Origin: a virus
Reading direction: 5' to 3' (one strand)
Length of the DNA stretch: 64,000 nt
Virus record (IMG/VR): IMGVR_UViG_3300045988_103986
Location: 1 to 64,000 of that record
Part shown: piece by piece, positions 27,162-35,395 of the stretch
Layout of the letters: each line of letters opens with the position of its first letter
How positions within the stretch are numbered: position 1 is the first letter of the stretch
The notes under the pieces: model-generated
The model's database searches: none
What the model saw: the letters and a program-made list of their open reading frames with translations, nothing else
What the model was told of the DNA's origin: nothing
Translations under genes and position numbers: made by a program

Positions 27162-27175
27162 CATGCTGAAAAATT

Positions 27176-27206
27176 GGGGGCGAGAAATCGTCCCCATTAT
27201 TTTTTT
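27176..27206 (+). terminator. rho-independent terminator
   Basis: GGGGCGA gaaa TCGTCCCC followed by ATTATTTTTTT. Confidence 0.6.
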
Positions 27207-27216
27207 GCTATCGTTC

Positions 27217-27248
27217 GGGACAAGCGCTGATTTTCGGTAGAAATAAAG
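27217..27248 (+). promoter_or_regulatory. cassette box pair P3
   Basis: GGGACAAGC gctgattttcg GTAGAAATAAAG. Confidence 0.5.
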
Positions 27249-27281
27249 ATAGAAAGACAAAACAAATGGAGGTACTTACTC

Positions 27282-27623
27282 ATGACAAACGCTGCAATTA
27301 TTCTGGACGAATCCATCCGGTTAATGAACGACGGCATTCTCAAAGGCACGGGCCGTTTCCTCGACGTGGTGAACGAAGACGGCAGCACATCGAAGCTTGA
27401 GATTCCCGAAGAGATCCATACCTTCAACGCCTGGAAGCAGCGCGGTTTTATCGTCCGCAAGGGTGAGCACGCCGTCGCGTCCTTCCCCATTTGGAAGTAC
27501 ATTAACGGCAAGCGCAAAGAAGCCGAAGAACCGCTGGATGGCGACGACGAGGTGCGCGGCTACTGCCGACTGAAGCTTTCCCATTTCTTCACGGCGGAGC
27601 AGGTGCAGCCGCTGACCGCATGA
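27282..27623 (+). CDS. hypothetical protein, possibly ArdC-N-like ssDNA-binding fold
   Basis: HTFNAWKQRGFIVRKGEHAVASFPIWKY resembles the W-x3-G-x2-V-K-K-GEKG motif of ArdC N-domains (from memory; weak). Confidence 0.55.
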   Translation: MTNAAIILDESIRLMNDGILKGTGRFLDVVNEDGSTSKLEIPEEIHTFNAWKQRGFIVRKGEHAVASFPIWKYINGKRKEAEEPLDGDDEVRGYCRLKLSHFFTAEQVQPLTA

Positions 27624-27732
27624 GTCGATCTGCTGAAACGCTGGGCGAAATTCGCCCGTCGTTTTTCTGTTTTTCGCCTCTGCTGAATCAATTTGTTGCC
27701 TACCATAAAAGCAGAAAATTTCTTGATTTTCT

Positions 27733-27765
27733 GGGACAAATCCGTTTTTCCGGTAGAAGTATAAG
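27733..27765 (+). promoter_or_regulatory. cassette box pair P4
   Basis: GGGACAAAT ccgtttttccg GTAGAAGTATAAGTGTAAAG. Confidence 0.55.
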
Positions 27766-27798
27766 TGTAAAGAAAAAACAAAAAACGGAGGCGCAAAA

Positions 27799-27912
27799 AT
27801 GAAACACTATTACAAATCCAGCGGCCTGCAGATGTTCTTCACCGGCGCGGCCATCGCAGTCATGTTCATAATTATCCTGTGCGCGGACTCGCTCATCGAG
27901 TTCATTCTGTGA
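27799..27912 (+). CDS. small membrane peptide, 37 aa (below ORF-track cutoff)
   Basis: My own translation: MKHYYKSSGLQMFFTGAAIAVMFIIILCADSLIEFIL; GGAGG RBS. Confidence 0.45.
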   Translation: MKHYYKSSGLQMFFTGAAIAVMFIIILCADSLIEFIL

Positions 27913-27924
27913 GGGGGCGGCATC

Positions 27925-28278
27925 ATGCAATTCATTGCGAACTACGACGCAAAAAACGTCTTCGGCTGTTTTGAGAACGTCGAGCAGCACGCCCTTGCAT
28001 TTTCCGAAGAAACCGCCGCGAAACTGTTTGATTCAGGCATGAAGATCTTCCGGGGCGACGCGAGCACATTGAACGCCCTAAAGATCTGTTTCACTGGTAG
28101 CGTGACGGTCTGTATATACCGCGAAATCGCGGATATTGACAACGGCGTTTTTCGCGTCCGCGTCTGGGACAGGCCGAACAGCTACGACGAAAAAACCATG
28201 AGCAGGCAAGCGCTCAAAAAAATGGTGCTTTTCAAAATTTCGCAGGAATTTGCAGAGCCTGCCGAGCAGTCGGCGTAA
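27925..28278 (+). CDS. hypothetical protein, 117 aa
   Basis: GAGGGGG RBS. Confidence 0.6.
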   Translation: MQFIANYDAKNVFGCFENVEQHALAFSEETAAKLFDSGMKIFRGDASTLNALKICFTGSVTVCIYREIADIDNGVFRVRVWDRPNSYDEKTMSRQALKKMVLFKISQEFAEPAEQSA

Positions 28279-28297
28279 CCAGAACAGGAGGAAAACC

Positions 28298-28450
28298 ATG
28301 TTATACAGCGAGATTATCCGTAGCATCGACGAAATTTTAAGTTATTTCAAATTCCACAACAAGAACCTGACAAATACGCAAATTGAAAAACTGTATGAAC
28401 TGCAAGATCTGATTCACGAACTTCGCATCACGCAGGAGAGAAATAAATGA
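28298..28450 (+). CDS. hypothetical protein, 50 aa
   Basis: Start MLYSEIIRS behind AGGAGGA. Confidence 0.5.
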   Translation: MLYSEIIRSIDEILSYFKFHNKNLTNTQIEKLYELQDLIHELRITQERNK

Positions 28451-28578
28451 AACGAAACCAGTACCGCAAAACCTTTGAATTTTTCAGCACAGAACAGCAA
28501 GCCGCCGTATTTGTGGCGGGGCCGTGGCGGTCCGCCGACGGCAGAGAAAACAAGTTTATCGTCTGGTATTACATCTGA
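28447..28578 (+). CDS. hypothetical protein, 43 aa (below ORF-track cutoff)
   Basis: ATGA overlap; MKRNQYRKTFEFFSTEQQAAVFVAGPWRSADGRENKFIVWYYI. Confidence 0.4.
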   Translation: MKRNQYRKTFEFFSTEQQAAVFVAGPWRSADGRENKFIVWYYI

Positions 28579-28591
28579 GGGGGGGCAAATC

Positions 28592-28858
28592 ATGAAGGTA
28601 TTCGTAGTGGTTCATCATTGGGACACGCCCGACAATGAGGGCGTGGAAGTCCTGGGCGTTTCCTCAACGGTAGAGAAAGCCCGTGCGCAGATCGTGGCAG
28701 GTGCAGGCGAAACCAGAGCAGAATACGACGAAGATTTCTGGGACGAGGATATGTCGTGGGACGAACCCATGAGCATTCACCTCGGCCGGTGTGGACGCGA
28801 CTATCTGGAACAGTCCACGGTCTACAGTTGGGAAATCTCCGAGCAGGAAGTTGAATGA
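28592..28858 (+). CDS. hypothetical acidic protein, 88 aa
   Basis: Start MKVFVVVHHWD behind GAGGGGGGG. Confidence 0.6.
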   Translation: MKVFVVVHHWDTPDNEGVEVLGVSSTVEKARAQIVAGAGETRAEYDEDFWDEDMSWDEPMSIHLGRCGRDYLEQSTVYSWEISEQEVE

Positions 28859-28875
28859 AAAAGTACCGGCGCAGC

Positions 28876-28910
28876 GGGACAAATGCCACTGCGCCGGTAG
28901 ATATATAGGT
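28876..28910 (+). promoter_or_regulatory. cassette box pair P5 (embedded in an 11-bp-stem hairpin, 28864-28899)
   Basis: TACCGGCGCAG cGGGACAAATgcca CTGCGCCGGTA GATATATAGGTGTAAAG. Confidence 0.55.
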
Positions 28911-28946
28911 GTAAAGAAAACCAAGAAAAACAGGAGGTTTCATACA

Positions 28947-29609
28947 ATGACGCAACTCGAAATTTTCCAGGAAATCGCCGACGCTGTGAACGCAGCAGCC
29001 GGTTCCAAGAATCCCAAAATGACCATCGTAACCGAAAGTGAGTTCGGCGGTGTGTACTTTTTGCACATCAACGCACATTCCGCAGATATAAAGCCTTATG
29101 CGCAGTACAAAGACGCGCTGACGATCTACTTCAAAAAGCGCGGTGGCCGCTCAGTCTATGGAATGCGCTTCTATGGTACAAAGCCCGTAGCAATCTTCTC
29201 CGGGTGGAAGGAGACAACATGGGAGCAGCCCAGAAGCTTCCTTTGCTTTGACAAGAATATGTTCTACGGTCTGGTTGATGGCTTCCCGAAGGAACAGAAG
29301 ATTTCCGAAGAATCCGAGCGCGTTCACCTGTCCGAGATTCAGCAGAAGGGTAAGGTCTACAAGGTTGTTAGCATGAACCCGGATGACCCGCAGCCACGCA
29401 TGATTGTCGAAACGTATGAAACTGCCGAACACTTAAAAAAAGCATTTGAGACTTCCGGTGAGTTCCGCAGCGTATCGTGCCGGGCAGAATTGCAGGGCGC
29501 GCCGAAGCTCAAGAACTTCTGCGGGCCGATGTACGATGGGGAGGACGATCAGGGCCGCGCTGTTATCCGGTACGAGTCGCAGGAAGTCTACGATATTTTG
29601 AGCCTCTAG
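28947..29609 (+). CDS. hypothetical protein, 220 aa
   Basis: Start MTQLEIFQE behind CAGGAGG. Confidence 0.65.
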   Translation: MTQLEIFQEIADAVNAAAGSKNPKMTIVTESEFGGVYFLHINAHSADIKPYAQYKDALTIYFKKRGGRSVYGMRFYGTKPVAIFSGWKETTWEQPRSFLCFDKNMFYGLVDGFPKEQKISEESERVHLSEIQQKGKVYKVVSMNPDDPQPRMIVETYETAEHLKKAFETSGEFRSVSCRAELQGAPKLKNFCGPMYDGEDDQGRAVIRYESQEVYDILSL

Positions 29610-29625
29610 GTTTTTTACGTAGGCT

Positions 29626-29660
29626 GGGACAAAACCGCTTTCCCCTGTAGATACATAAGT
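29626..29660 (+). promoter_or_regulatory. cassette box pair P6
   Basis: GGGACAAAA ccgctttcccct GTAGATACATAAGTGTAAG. Confidence 0.55.
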
Positions 29661-29712
29661 GTAAGCGAACGGCATTCCCGCCCCGGAGGTTACGAGGGCA
29701 AAGGAGAATATC

Positions 29713-29913
29713 ATGCACATCATCGGATTTACCATCAAGCAAGCCGGGCAGGCAATCGGCAATACCCCTATCCGAGAGCAGGCAACAGGGGCAGCCAAAG
29801 CCCGCGCCCAGCAGACGCGATTCCCCGTTTCCGTCATTGCCCACTGTGACACTGGCAAGGAGATAGAGGTCATCTTCCATCCTGATGGCACCAGCGAACG
29901 GATCAGAAAATAA
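29713..29913 (+). CDS. hypothetical protein, 66 aa
   Basis: AAGGAG RBS. Confidence 0.55.
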   Translation: MHIIGFTIKQAGQAIGNTPIREQATGAAKARAQQTRFPVSVIAHCDTGKEIEVIFHPDGTSERIRK

Positions 29914-29959
29914 TCGACGCCGCCTGACCTACCGGGCATACGGGGAGAAAGGTTTTACC

Positions 29960-30313
29960 ATGAAAAAAATTATCGCTTTGTTTCTTGCCGTTATTACTGC
30001 CGCTGCTGTCCTCTGTGCAGCACATAAGCCGATCACCACATACGCGCACACTGCGCTTATCACGGCACTGGACTATGATACCGATACCGCAACAGTCACC
30101 GGCTACTCTGGTCTAACGTGGACGTTCTCCGGCTGCGAGGACTACTGCGTCGACGATCTGGTTTCCCTCACCATGTCAGACAACGGAACCAAGGAAACTG
30201 TACTGGACGATGAAATCCTGTCCGCCACCTATGCAGGGTATCTCCCCTATTGGTACATTTATGGCGGCGACGGATATGCTGCGTTCAATGGAATTGAGAA
30301 GGCGGGAAAGTGA
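29960..30313 (+). CDS. secreted protein, 117 aa
   Basis: Start MKKIIALFLAVITAAAVLCAA (signal peptide). Confidence 0.6.
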   Translation: MKKIIALFLAVITAAAVLCAAHKPITTYAHTALITALDYDTDTATVTGYSGLTWTFSGCEDYCVDDLVSLTMSDNGTKETVLDDEILSATYAGYLPYWYIYGGDGYAAFNGIEKAGK

Positions 30314-30389
30314 TGGAGATATAGATATTCCGGACGGCATAGAGAAAATCGCAGGGAATCAAACGCTTCCCTGTTTTTTCTTTTTCTGC

Positions 30390-30425
30390 GGGACATTTTC
30401 TTTTCTCACAGTAGATATATAAGTG
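30390..30425 (+). promoter_or_regulatory. cassette box pair P7
   Basis: GGGACATTT tcttttctcaca GTAGATATATAAGTGTAAAT. Confidence 0.5.
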
Positions 30426-30471
30426 TAAATAAAAAGCCGCCCAGAGGTCACGAGGGCAGAAAGGACATAAC

Positions 30472-30744
30472 ATGGAAAGTCGCATCAGGATTAAGGCAAC
30501 AATGCCGGAGATGTACACTTTTTTCAAGGAAGAAACAGGTGTGCGATTTATGGAAATCCACGATATGCGGTATTCGTCAGATGAAATCGACCACATGCAG
30601 GCAGCCGAACGCAGCAAAACCGTATTCGAATGGCGTGTAATTCTTCGGCATCCCGGAGAAAAAACGGCACTCCGTGGTACATTTACGATTCCCGGCATAA
30701 AGAAGAAGCTGGGAAAGTTGAAAGCGGAGTGCAAAGTTTTTTGA
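30472..30744 (+). CDS. hypothetical protein, 90 aa
   Basis: AAAGGA RBS. Confidence 0.6.
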   Translation: MESRIRIKATMPEMYTFFKEETGVRFMEIHDMRYSSDEIDHMQAAERSKTVFEWRVILRHPGEKTALRGTFTIPGIKKKLGKLKAECKVF

Positions 30745-30803
30745 TACTGCATCCGATGAACGATTGCGGAGAACTACTCGCTCTTTTCTTTTTTATATTT
30801 CTC

Positions 30804-30836
30804 GGGACAAATTGAGATTTTCAGTAGATATAAAAC
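30804..30836 (+). promoter_or_regulatory. cassette box pair P8
   Basis: GGGACAAAT tgagattttca GTAGATATAAAACCAAG. Confidence 0.55.
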
Positions 30837-30875
30837 CAAGAGGACAAAACACTACAGAACATGGAGGAAATCAAA

Positions 30876-32075
30876 ATGTATTACATTATCAACCGTGAAA
30901 CAGACAAACTCGAACTTTACTTTTCGAAGGAAGAGTATCAGGCCATGCCGGACGAAACGAAGTCCACGATCAGAAGCAACTTCCTTTTCTCCCGTCGTGG
31001 CGGCTGCTGGGTAAGCCGTGCAAAGCGTCCACACCTTTCCTATGTTGAGCGCATAGCAAAAGACCTTGGTGCGGAGTATCAGGGCAAGACCGGCGAAGAA
31101 CTGACCTTCGAAGAAAAGATGGAACGGCAGGCAGACCGCGCAGCGGCCAGAGCGGAGCGCATGGACGCACGATCTGACGCAGCTGCGCAGCGCGGCGAAG
31201 CCCTGCAGAAGCCCGTCGAGAATATGCGCGGCGATATCGCGTTCTTCACGCAGCCGAACATCAACACGTCCGCAGGCCGCGCGTTCACCCGGCAGCGCGA
31301 GCGCATGTTTGCGGCGTTCGACCGTGGATTCGAAGAGTTCAAAAAATCAGAGTATTACGCCCAGCGGGCGGAAATTGCCCGCAGAACAGCAAATCTGGAA
31401 AATTCCAAGGATAAGGCATTCTGCGACCGTCGAGTGAAAGACGCGCAGAAGAACATCAAGGCCATCCAGAAAAATCTCGACCACTACCATGCCATGCTGG
31501 AATGTGACGGAATGGGAGAACAGCAGAAGCGCTTCGATGGTACGCCTATCGAGCGTGCAGAGATCGAGCGCTGGATTGAAGACACAGAAGAACGTCTGGA
31601 ATCCGAGATTTCCCGCCTCTGCTATTATCAGTCCTGCATCGACGATCTGGGCGGCGTGCAGTTCAGCAAAGAGAACATCAAGCCGGGCTACGTCGTGAAA
31701 ATCAAACATTACAACGACTGCACCGTCCTGCGAACCGGCCCGAAAAACATTATCTATCGCACCCCGAACGGATTCAATCTGACTGCCGCCTACGCCGAGA
31801 TTCTGGAAATCGTCAAAGCAGAGGAAACGATAAAGCCGACGCACCCGTTCAAGGTCGGCGAGGAATTCACCGTCAGCACCCTTCAGGCCGGTGCATGGGT
31901 TCCGGACACGTGGGAGGTCATCAAAGCCACGGTTGCAACCGTCACGTTGAAAAACCAGGCTACCGGTAAGACCGTCAACAAAAAGCCGCGAATCGGTTGG
32001 ACGAGCAGCGGAGAGAAATGGAAGATTTCAGTCGGTGAATACTCCACAGACATCTGCAAGGACCTTGAAAAGTAA
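30876..32075 (+). CDS. hypothetical protein, 399 aa, DUF3560-like central region
   Basis: ERQADRAAARAERMDARSDAAAQRGEAL...EYYAQRAEIARRTA resembles the DUF3560 helical core (from memory, weak); start MYYIINRE behind GGAGGA. Confidence 0.65.
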   Translation: MYYIINRETDKLELYFSKEEYQAMPDETKSTIRSNFLFSRRGGCWVSRAKRPHLSYVERIAKDLGAEYQGKTGEELTFEEKMERQADRAAARAERMDARSDAAAQRGEALQKPVENMRGDIAFFTQPNINTSAGRAFTRQRERMFAAFDRGFEEFKKSEYYAQRAEIARRTANLENSKDKAFCDRRVKDAQKNIKAIQKNLDHYHAMLECDGMGEQQKRFDGTPIERAEIERWIEDTEERLESEISRLCYYQSCIDDLGGVQFSKENIKPGYVVKIKHYNDCTVLRTGPKNIIYRTPNGFNLTAAYAEILEIVKAEETIKPTHPFKVGEEFTVSTLQAGAWVPDTWEVIKATVATVTLKNQATGKTVNKKPRIGWTSSGEKWKISVGEYSTDICKDLEK

Positions 32076-32092
32076 AAATATCTACCGGAGGC

Positions 32093-32126
32093 GGGACAAA
32101 GTTCCCGCTTCCGGTAGATACAAAAG
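32093..32126 (+). promoter_or_regulatory. cassette box pair P9 (sequestered in a 16-bp interrupted hairpin, 32080-32119)
   Basis: ATCTACCGGA g GCGGGA caaagt TCCCGC t TCCGGTAGAT. Confidence 0.55.
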
Positions 32127-32164
32127 CAGAACAGGAAAACCAAGAAAACTGGGAGGTACATAAA

Positions 32165-32755
32165 ATGGGTTGGACTTGGCAGTGTGCGAAATTTTACGAT
32201 AGGAAGGGTAACATCGACCGCAAAGCAGAGTGCGACGATCTGTACACATGGAACAATGAAGAAACCGGAGACAAATGCCGCGTTTTGAAGTCCGCAATGG
32301 TGGGCGCGACGTGGTACGGTGCTTGTGAGAGAACCAGACCCGGCCAGAATCCATACGTTTTCGCTGGCGTGTGCCTGACGAGCGTAGACAGCCGCGAATA
32401 CTACAACTTTGGTTACAAGGACATGGATGAATCTATGGGGCCGTGTGAACGTGAGTGCCCGGTCTCCATCCTGAAACTGCTTTCCGCACGCGATGACAAA
32501 TGGGCGATTGAGTGGCGTGCAGCCTGCCGGGAGAACGCAGCGAAAAAGTCTGCTGCCAAGAAAGACCCGAACAGCCTGCAAAATCTCCCGCTCGGTGCAA
32601 AAATCACAGTGCAGAAACGTGGCCAGGGCATCGTGCTCGAAAAAGGAAGAATCAGCAACCGTAAGAATCCGGTATGGATTTCGCGGGCTGAGAATGTGTA
32701 CTATCCTCTGTCCCACATCAAGCGGTACGGCTACACACTCTGCAATCCAGCCTAA
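32165..32755 (+). CDS. hypothetical protein, 196 aa
   Basis: GGGAGG RBS; conserved-looking core YYNFGYKDMDESMGPCERECPVSILKLL. Confidence 0.65.
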   Translation: MGWTWQCAKFYDRKGNIDRKAECDDLYTWNNEETGDKCRVLKSAMVGATWYGACERTRPGQNPYVFAGVCLTSVDSREYYNFGYKDMDESMGPCERECPVSILKLLSARDDKWAIEWRAACRENAAKKSAAKKDPNSLQNLPLGAKITVQKRGQGIVLEKGRISNRKNPVWISRAENVYYPLSHIKRYGYTLCNPA

Positions 32756-32821
32756 ATTTCCAAGTCATGTAGAAATTTCAGAATCCACATGTTAGAATGG
32801 GATGAGATTGGGGGGTTGCCG

Positions 32822-33052
32822 ATGTTCTACAAAGCCGGCGAGTACCGGATAAACCAAGAAAACGAATTTATTTCCGCCTCGACTGGATTGCCGCTGAAAC
32901 CAGGCGATCTGGTGGCGCTGGAGGCTTTCTGTGACGCGAATGATATTTCGCCGATAAAATCCTATGGGAGGAAAATCGTTTCACAGAACCGCGAGGTAGT
33001 CGTTGTGAACGGTGTGAAGAAGCTGTACAAATCTGCCGTTGTTCAGATTTGA
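32822..33052 (+). CDS. hypothetical protein, 76 aa
   Basis: Start MFYKAGEY after the G-rich tract; start uncertain (alternative at 32789). Confidence 0.45.
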   Translation: MFYKAGEYRINQENEFISASTGLPLKPGDLVALEAFCDANDISPIKSYGRKIVSQNREVVVVNGVKKLYKSAVVQI

Positions 33053-33060
33053 ATCATCTT

Positions 33061-33221
33061 CGTGAGGTCACGAAATAGATTGCAAGCAGGTTGCAAGTTG
33101 GTTGCAACATTCCAAGCGGTAATAGGAAAATAGCACGCGAAACGCACGGAAAACACACGAAAAACGCACGCAAGTTGTAAGCAAGTTGTAAGCAAGTTAC
33201 CATTTCCGCGAGGTCACGAAA
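33061..33221 (+). repeat. repeat-dense intergenic block
   Basis: Flanking copies of GAGGTCACGAAA (33064, 33210; the first lies within palindrome CGTGAggTCACG). Internal repeats: TTGCAAG x3, CGCACG(G)AAAA x4, GTTGTAAGCAA x2-3. Confidence 0.75.
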
Positions 33222-33236
33222 ATGGTTGAGAACCAA

Positions 33237-33278
33237 GAAAACCAGAGCCATCCACGTTCGGACGGTTCTGGTTTTTTG
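33237..33278 (+). terminator. rho-independent terminator
   Basis: AAACCAGA ...20 nt... TCTGGTTTTTT. Confidence 0.5.
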
Positions 33279-33289
33279 TTTGGAAATGC

Positions 33290-33322
33290 GGGACAAATGC
33301 GGATCTTGCGTAGAAATACAAG
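33290..33322 (+). promoter_or_regulatory. cassette box pair P10 (orphan: faces the 3' end of an opposite-strand gene)
   Basis: GGGACAAAT gcggatcttgc GTAGAAATACAAG. The next + strand start is >1.6 kb away. Confidence 0.5.
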
Positions 33323-33333
33323 CAGGCAAAACA

Positions 33334-34857
33334 TTAAGTGCCCCGCATTTTCATGCTCTCACGATATTGCTCGGCATCCGGCAAATACTTAAAGTCCACT
33401 GTTTTGTCATAGTTTTCTCGGACGACTTGCTCGATTTCCTTTAGGCTTACATGAAAAAATTCTTTTCTCCCATTCACCATATTGACCCGTTTGTCCGCAA
33501 AGGCATTGTGAAGCGCTGTTTCCAGTTTCGGAGCATCATCTGAGAAAATCAGCGCATGAATATCGAATCTAAACGGAACCGATGCGCCTCCGAGTTCGTC
33601 AATTCGGTCTTTCGGTTCTAAGCGTCTGGTCATACCTATTTTGTAGACACCTTCACCGAATGCCCCGATGTTCGATATCACATAGACGTACCCGGCTCTC
33701 TCATTTGCAGCGCGATAATCCACATCCTTTAGCGCCTTCTCCAAATCAGAAATCTCTCCATTGACGGCCTCAATTTTTTCTTGGATAAGCTTCTTCCGCT
33801 CGTCATTCGATTCGCTTTCCATTTGCTCATTCAGGCGCTGCATAAGGTTCTCGTAGTGAATATGTTCTTTTTCGATTCGTCTACGTTCTTCTTCGATTTC
33901 CTTTTGTACTTTGAGATTTTCACGTTCAATTTCTCGTTGCTCGCGCGCACGTTCTTTTTCTTCCTGCTTCTTGCGTGCGTATTCATACGCAAGGGCAAGC
34001 TCCTTGTGTTTAAGCTCCAAAAACTCAAAGGATATTTGAATGGCATTCACAGCATTTATCCCGTTGATTTTTTTGTAAATCTGGTCTATCCGTTTTTTCA
34101 TGCTATCAAAATTGTTGAATTTCACTTTGTCGATAGCATTTTCACACTCTGTATTAAAGGACAAAAGCGCAGATTTTATGTTGTCTTCAATCATCTTTCT
34201 GCCCTGTGACAGACTTCCATTTACCTTCCACTGCGTGGAACAATTTGCCGCGACGCCTAACCGTATCATTCGCTTTTGATTCTCACGGCAGTTTTGCAGC
34301 TCTGCTTTGTATTCCTCTGACGACGCAAAGTCGTACATCGGCTTATAGAGGCCAAATTCCTGCATCAGTTTTTCATCTTCAAGTTCTACGACCGCCTCTC
34401 GCAGTTCTGCCCCTTTGCCAGCAAGTTTTTCGATTTCTTTCTGTCTTTGCAAAATGTCGTGTTCAAGTCGAGATTCTTCATTTTTGAGAATTGCAATGTG
34501 TTCTTTCGCAGCAATGATCTGGCCGTGTTCATCGGTAAAAGCATTTTCATAAAACGCCTTGTCTTGTTGTAAGGACGCGACACTACTCTGCAGTGCCGAT
34601 ATTTCCGAACTCTGGGAATCTGAACGTTCCTGTAGTTTTTTGCGCTCCATCTCAGATTTCTTTAAAGCCAACGTCAAATCAGCGCACTCTTTGGCTTGTC
34701 TGGAAACTTCTTGTAACAAGTGTTTTTTCTGCTGGGACGCCTGATTGAGTGATTCAGATAACTCCGCGACTTTTCTTCTTAACTCGTCAGCTTCTTTCTG
34801 TTTCGCTGCAAGGTTGTCCTTTAACTCTTGTACTCTGAATAAATCCGTAACTCCCAT
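33334..34857 (-). CDS. coiled-coil DUF4041 protein with a C-terminal T5orf172/GIY-YIG-like nuclease domain
   Basis: N-terminal heptad-rich 160 aa. DUF4041-like core GLYKPMYDFASSEEYKAELQNCRENQKRMI. C-terminus GYVYVISNIGAFGEGVYKIGMTRRLEPKDRIDELG...FRFDIHALIFSDDAPKLETALHNAF. AT-rich relative to neighbours. Confidence 0.8.
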   Translation of the reverse strand: MGVTDLFRVQELKDNLAAKQKEADELRRKVAELSESLNQASQQKKHLLQEVSRQAKECADLTLALKKSEMERKKLQERSDSQSSEISALQSSVASLQQDKAFYENAFTDEHGQIIAAKEHIAILKNEESRLEHDILQRQKEIEKLAGKGAELREAVVELEDEKLMQEFGLYKPMYDFASSEEYKAELQNCRENQKRMIRLGVAANCSTQWKVNGSLSQGRKMIEDNIKSALLSFNTECENAIDKVKFNNFDSMKKRIDQIYKKINGINAVNAIQISFEFLELKHKELALAYEYARKKQEEKERAREQREIERENLKVQKEIEEERRRIEKEHIHYENLMQRLNEQMESESNDERKKLIQEKIEAVNGEISDLEKALKDVDYRAANERAGYVYVISNIGAFGEGVYKIGMTRRLEPKDRIDELGGASVPFRFDIHALIFSDDAPKLETALHNAFADKRVNMVNGRKEFFHVSLKEIEQVVRENYDKTVDFKYLPDAEQYRESMKMRGT

Positions 34858-34894
34858 TTCACATCAGCCTCATCAAATTATAATAAAAGTATAT

Positions 34895-34923
34895 TGACAG
34901 CATCATTTTATTATGCTATTATT
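34895..34923 (+). promoter_or_regulatory. canonical sigma-A promoter
   Basis: TTGACA - 17 nt - TATTAT, 22 nt upstream of the RHH start. Confidence 0.7.
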
Positions 34924-34945
34924 ATGCTTGAAAGGAGGATATTGC

Positions 34946-35104
34946 ATGGCACGACCGAAAGAGAACACTGAGCGGATAACCGTTTTCTTCCCGGCGGATG
35001 CACTTGAAAAAATGAAGGAAGAAGCTAAACGCCGTGGAATGACCGTAAGCGGATACGTTCGTTTTGCAGTTCTTGAATATCTCCGTGAAAGCCGAGATAA
35101 ATAA
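34946..35104 (+). CDS. ribbon-helix-helix (CopG-like) protein, 52 aa
   Basis: MARPKENTERITVFFPADALEKMKEEAKRRGMTVSGYVRFAVLEYL; AAGGAGGA RBS. Confidence 0.7.
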   Translation: MARPKENTERITVFFPADALEKMKEEAKRRGMTVSGYVRFAVLEYLRESRDK

Positions 35105-35199
35105 AAAATCGAGCAACCGTAGCTAAGTTTGGCGACCCACTACGATTGCTCTTGTGCCAAAACCGCAGGGGTTTTGTCTATTCAAGTATAGACGAAGCG

Positions 35200-35228
35200 C
35201 CCTGTAAAAGTCAAGCACTTTTACAGGG
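35200..35228 (+). terminator. 12-bp-stem hairpin, terminator-like
   Basis: CCCTGTAAAAGT caagc ACTTTTACAGGG followed by a T-rich stretch. Confidence 0.5.
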
Positions 35229-35315
35229 ATTTCTATACCCTTTTTCAGGAATTTCAGAATAGTTTTAAAAGCATCCGCAGCCCCTACAAATTTCGAACAT
35301 TTCGCCTATAAACGG

Positions 35316-35361
35316 TATGACCTAATTCATTTGGAGGCCGAACTATACTGAAATTAGATGG
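35316..35361 (+). promoter_or_regulatory. module-start element, copy 3
   Basis: TATGACCTAATTCATTTGGAGGCCGAACTATACTGAAATTAGATGG. Confidence 0.55.
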
Positions 35362-35395
35362 GTATTGCCACCAAACACGATTAAAGGAGAAAAAT

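Noticed and set aside
31883-32716. 277-aa minus-strand ORF, and similar long antisense ORFs at 13388-14059, 14830-15630, 35405-35983, 37222-37986, 51259-51951, 59259-60056 and 60448-61221
   Set aside because: Each lies fully antisense to a gene with recognisable motifs or strong RBS/coupling. They have no RBS and odd composition.
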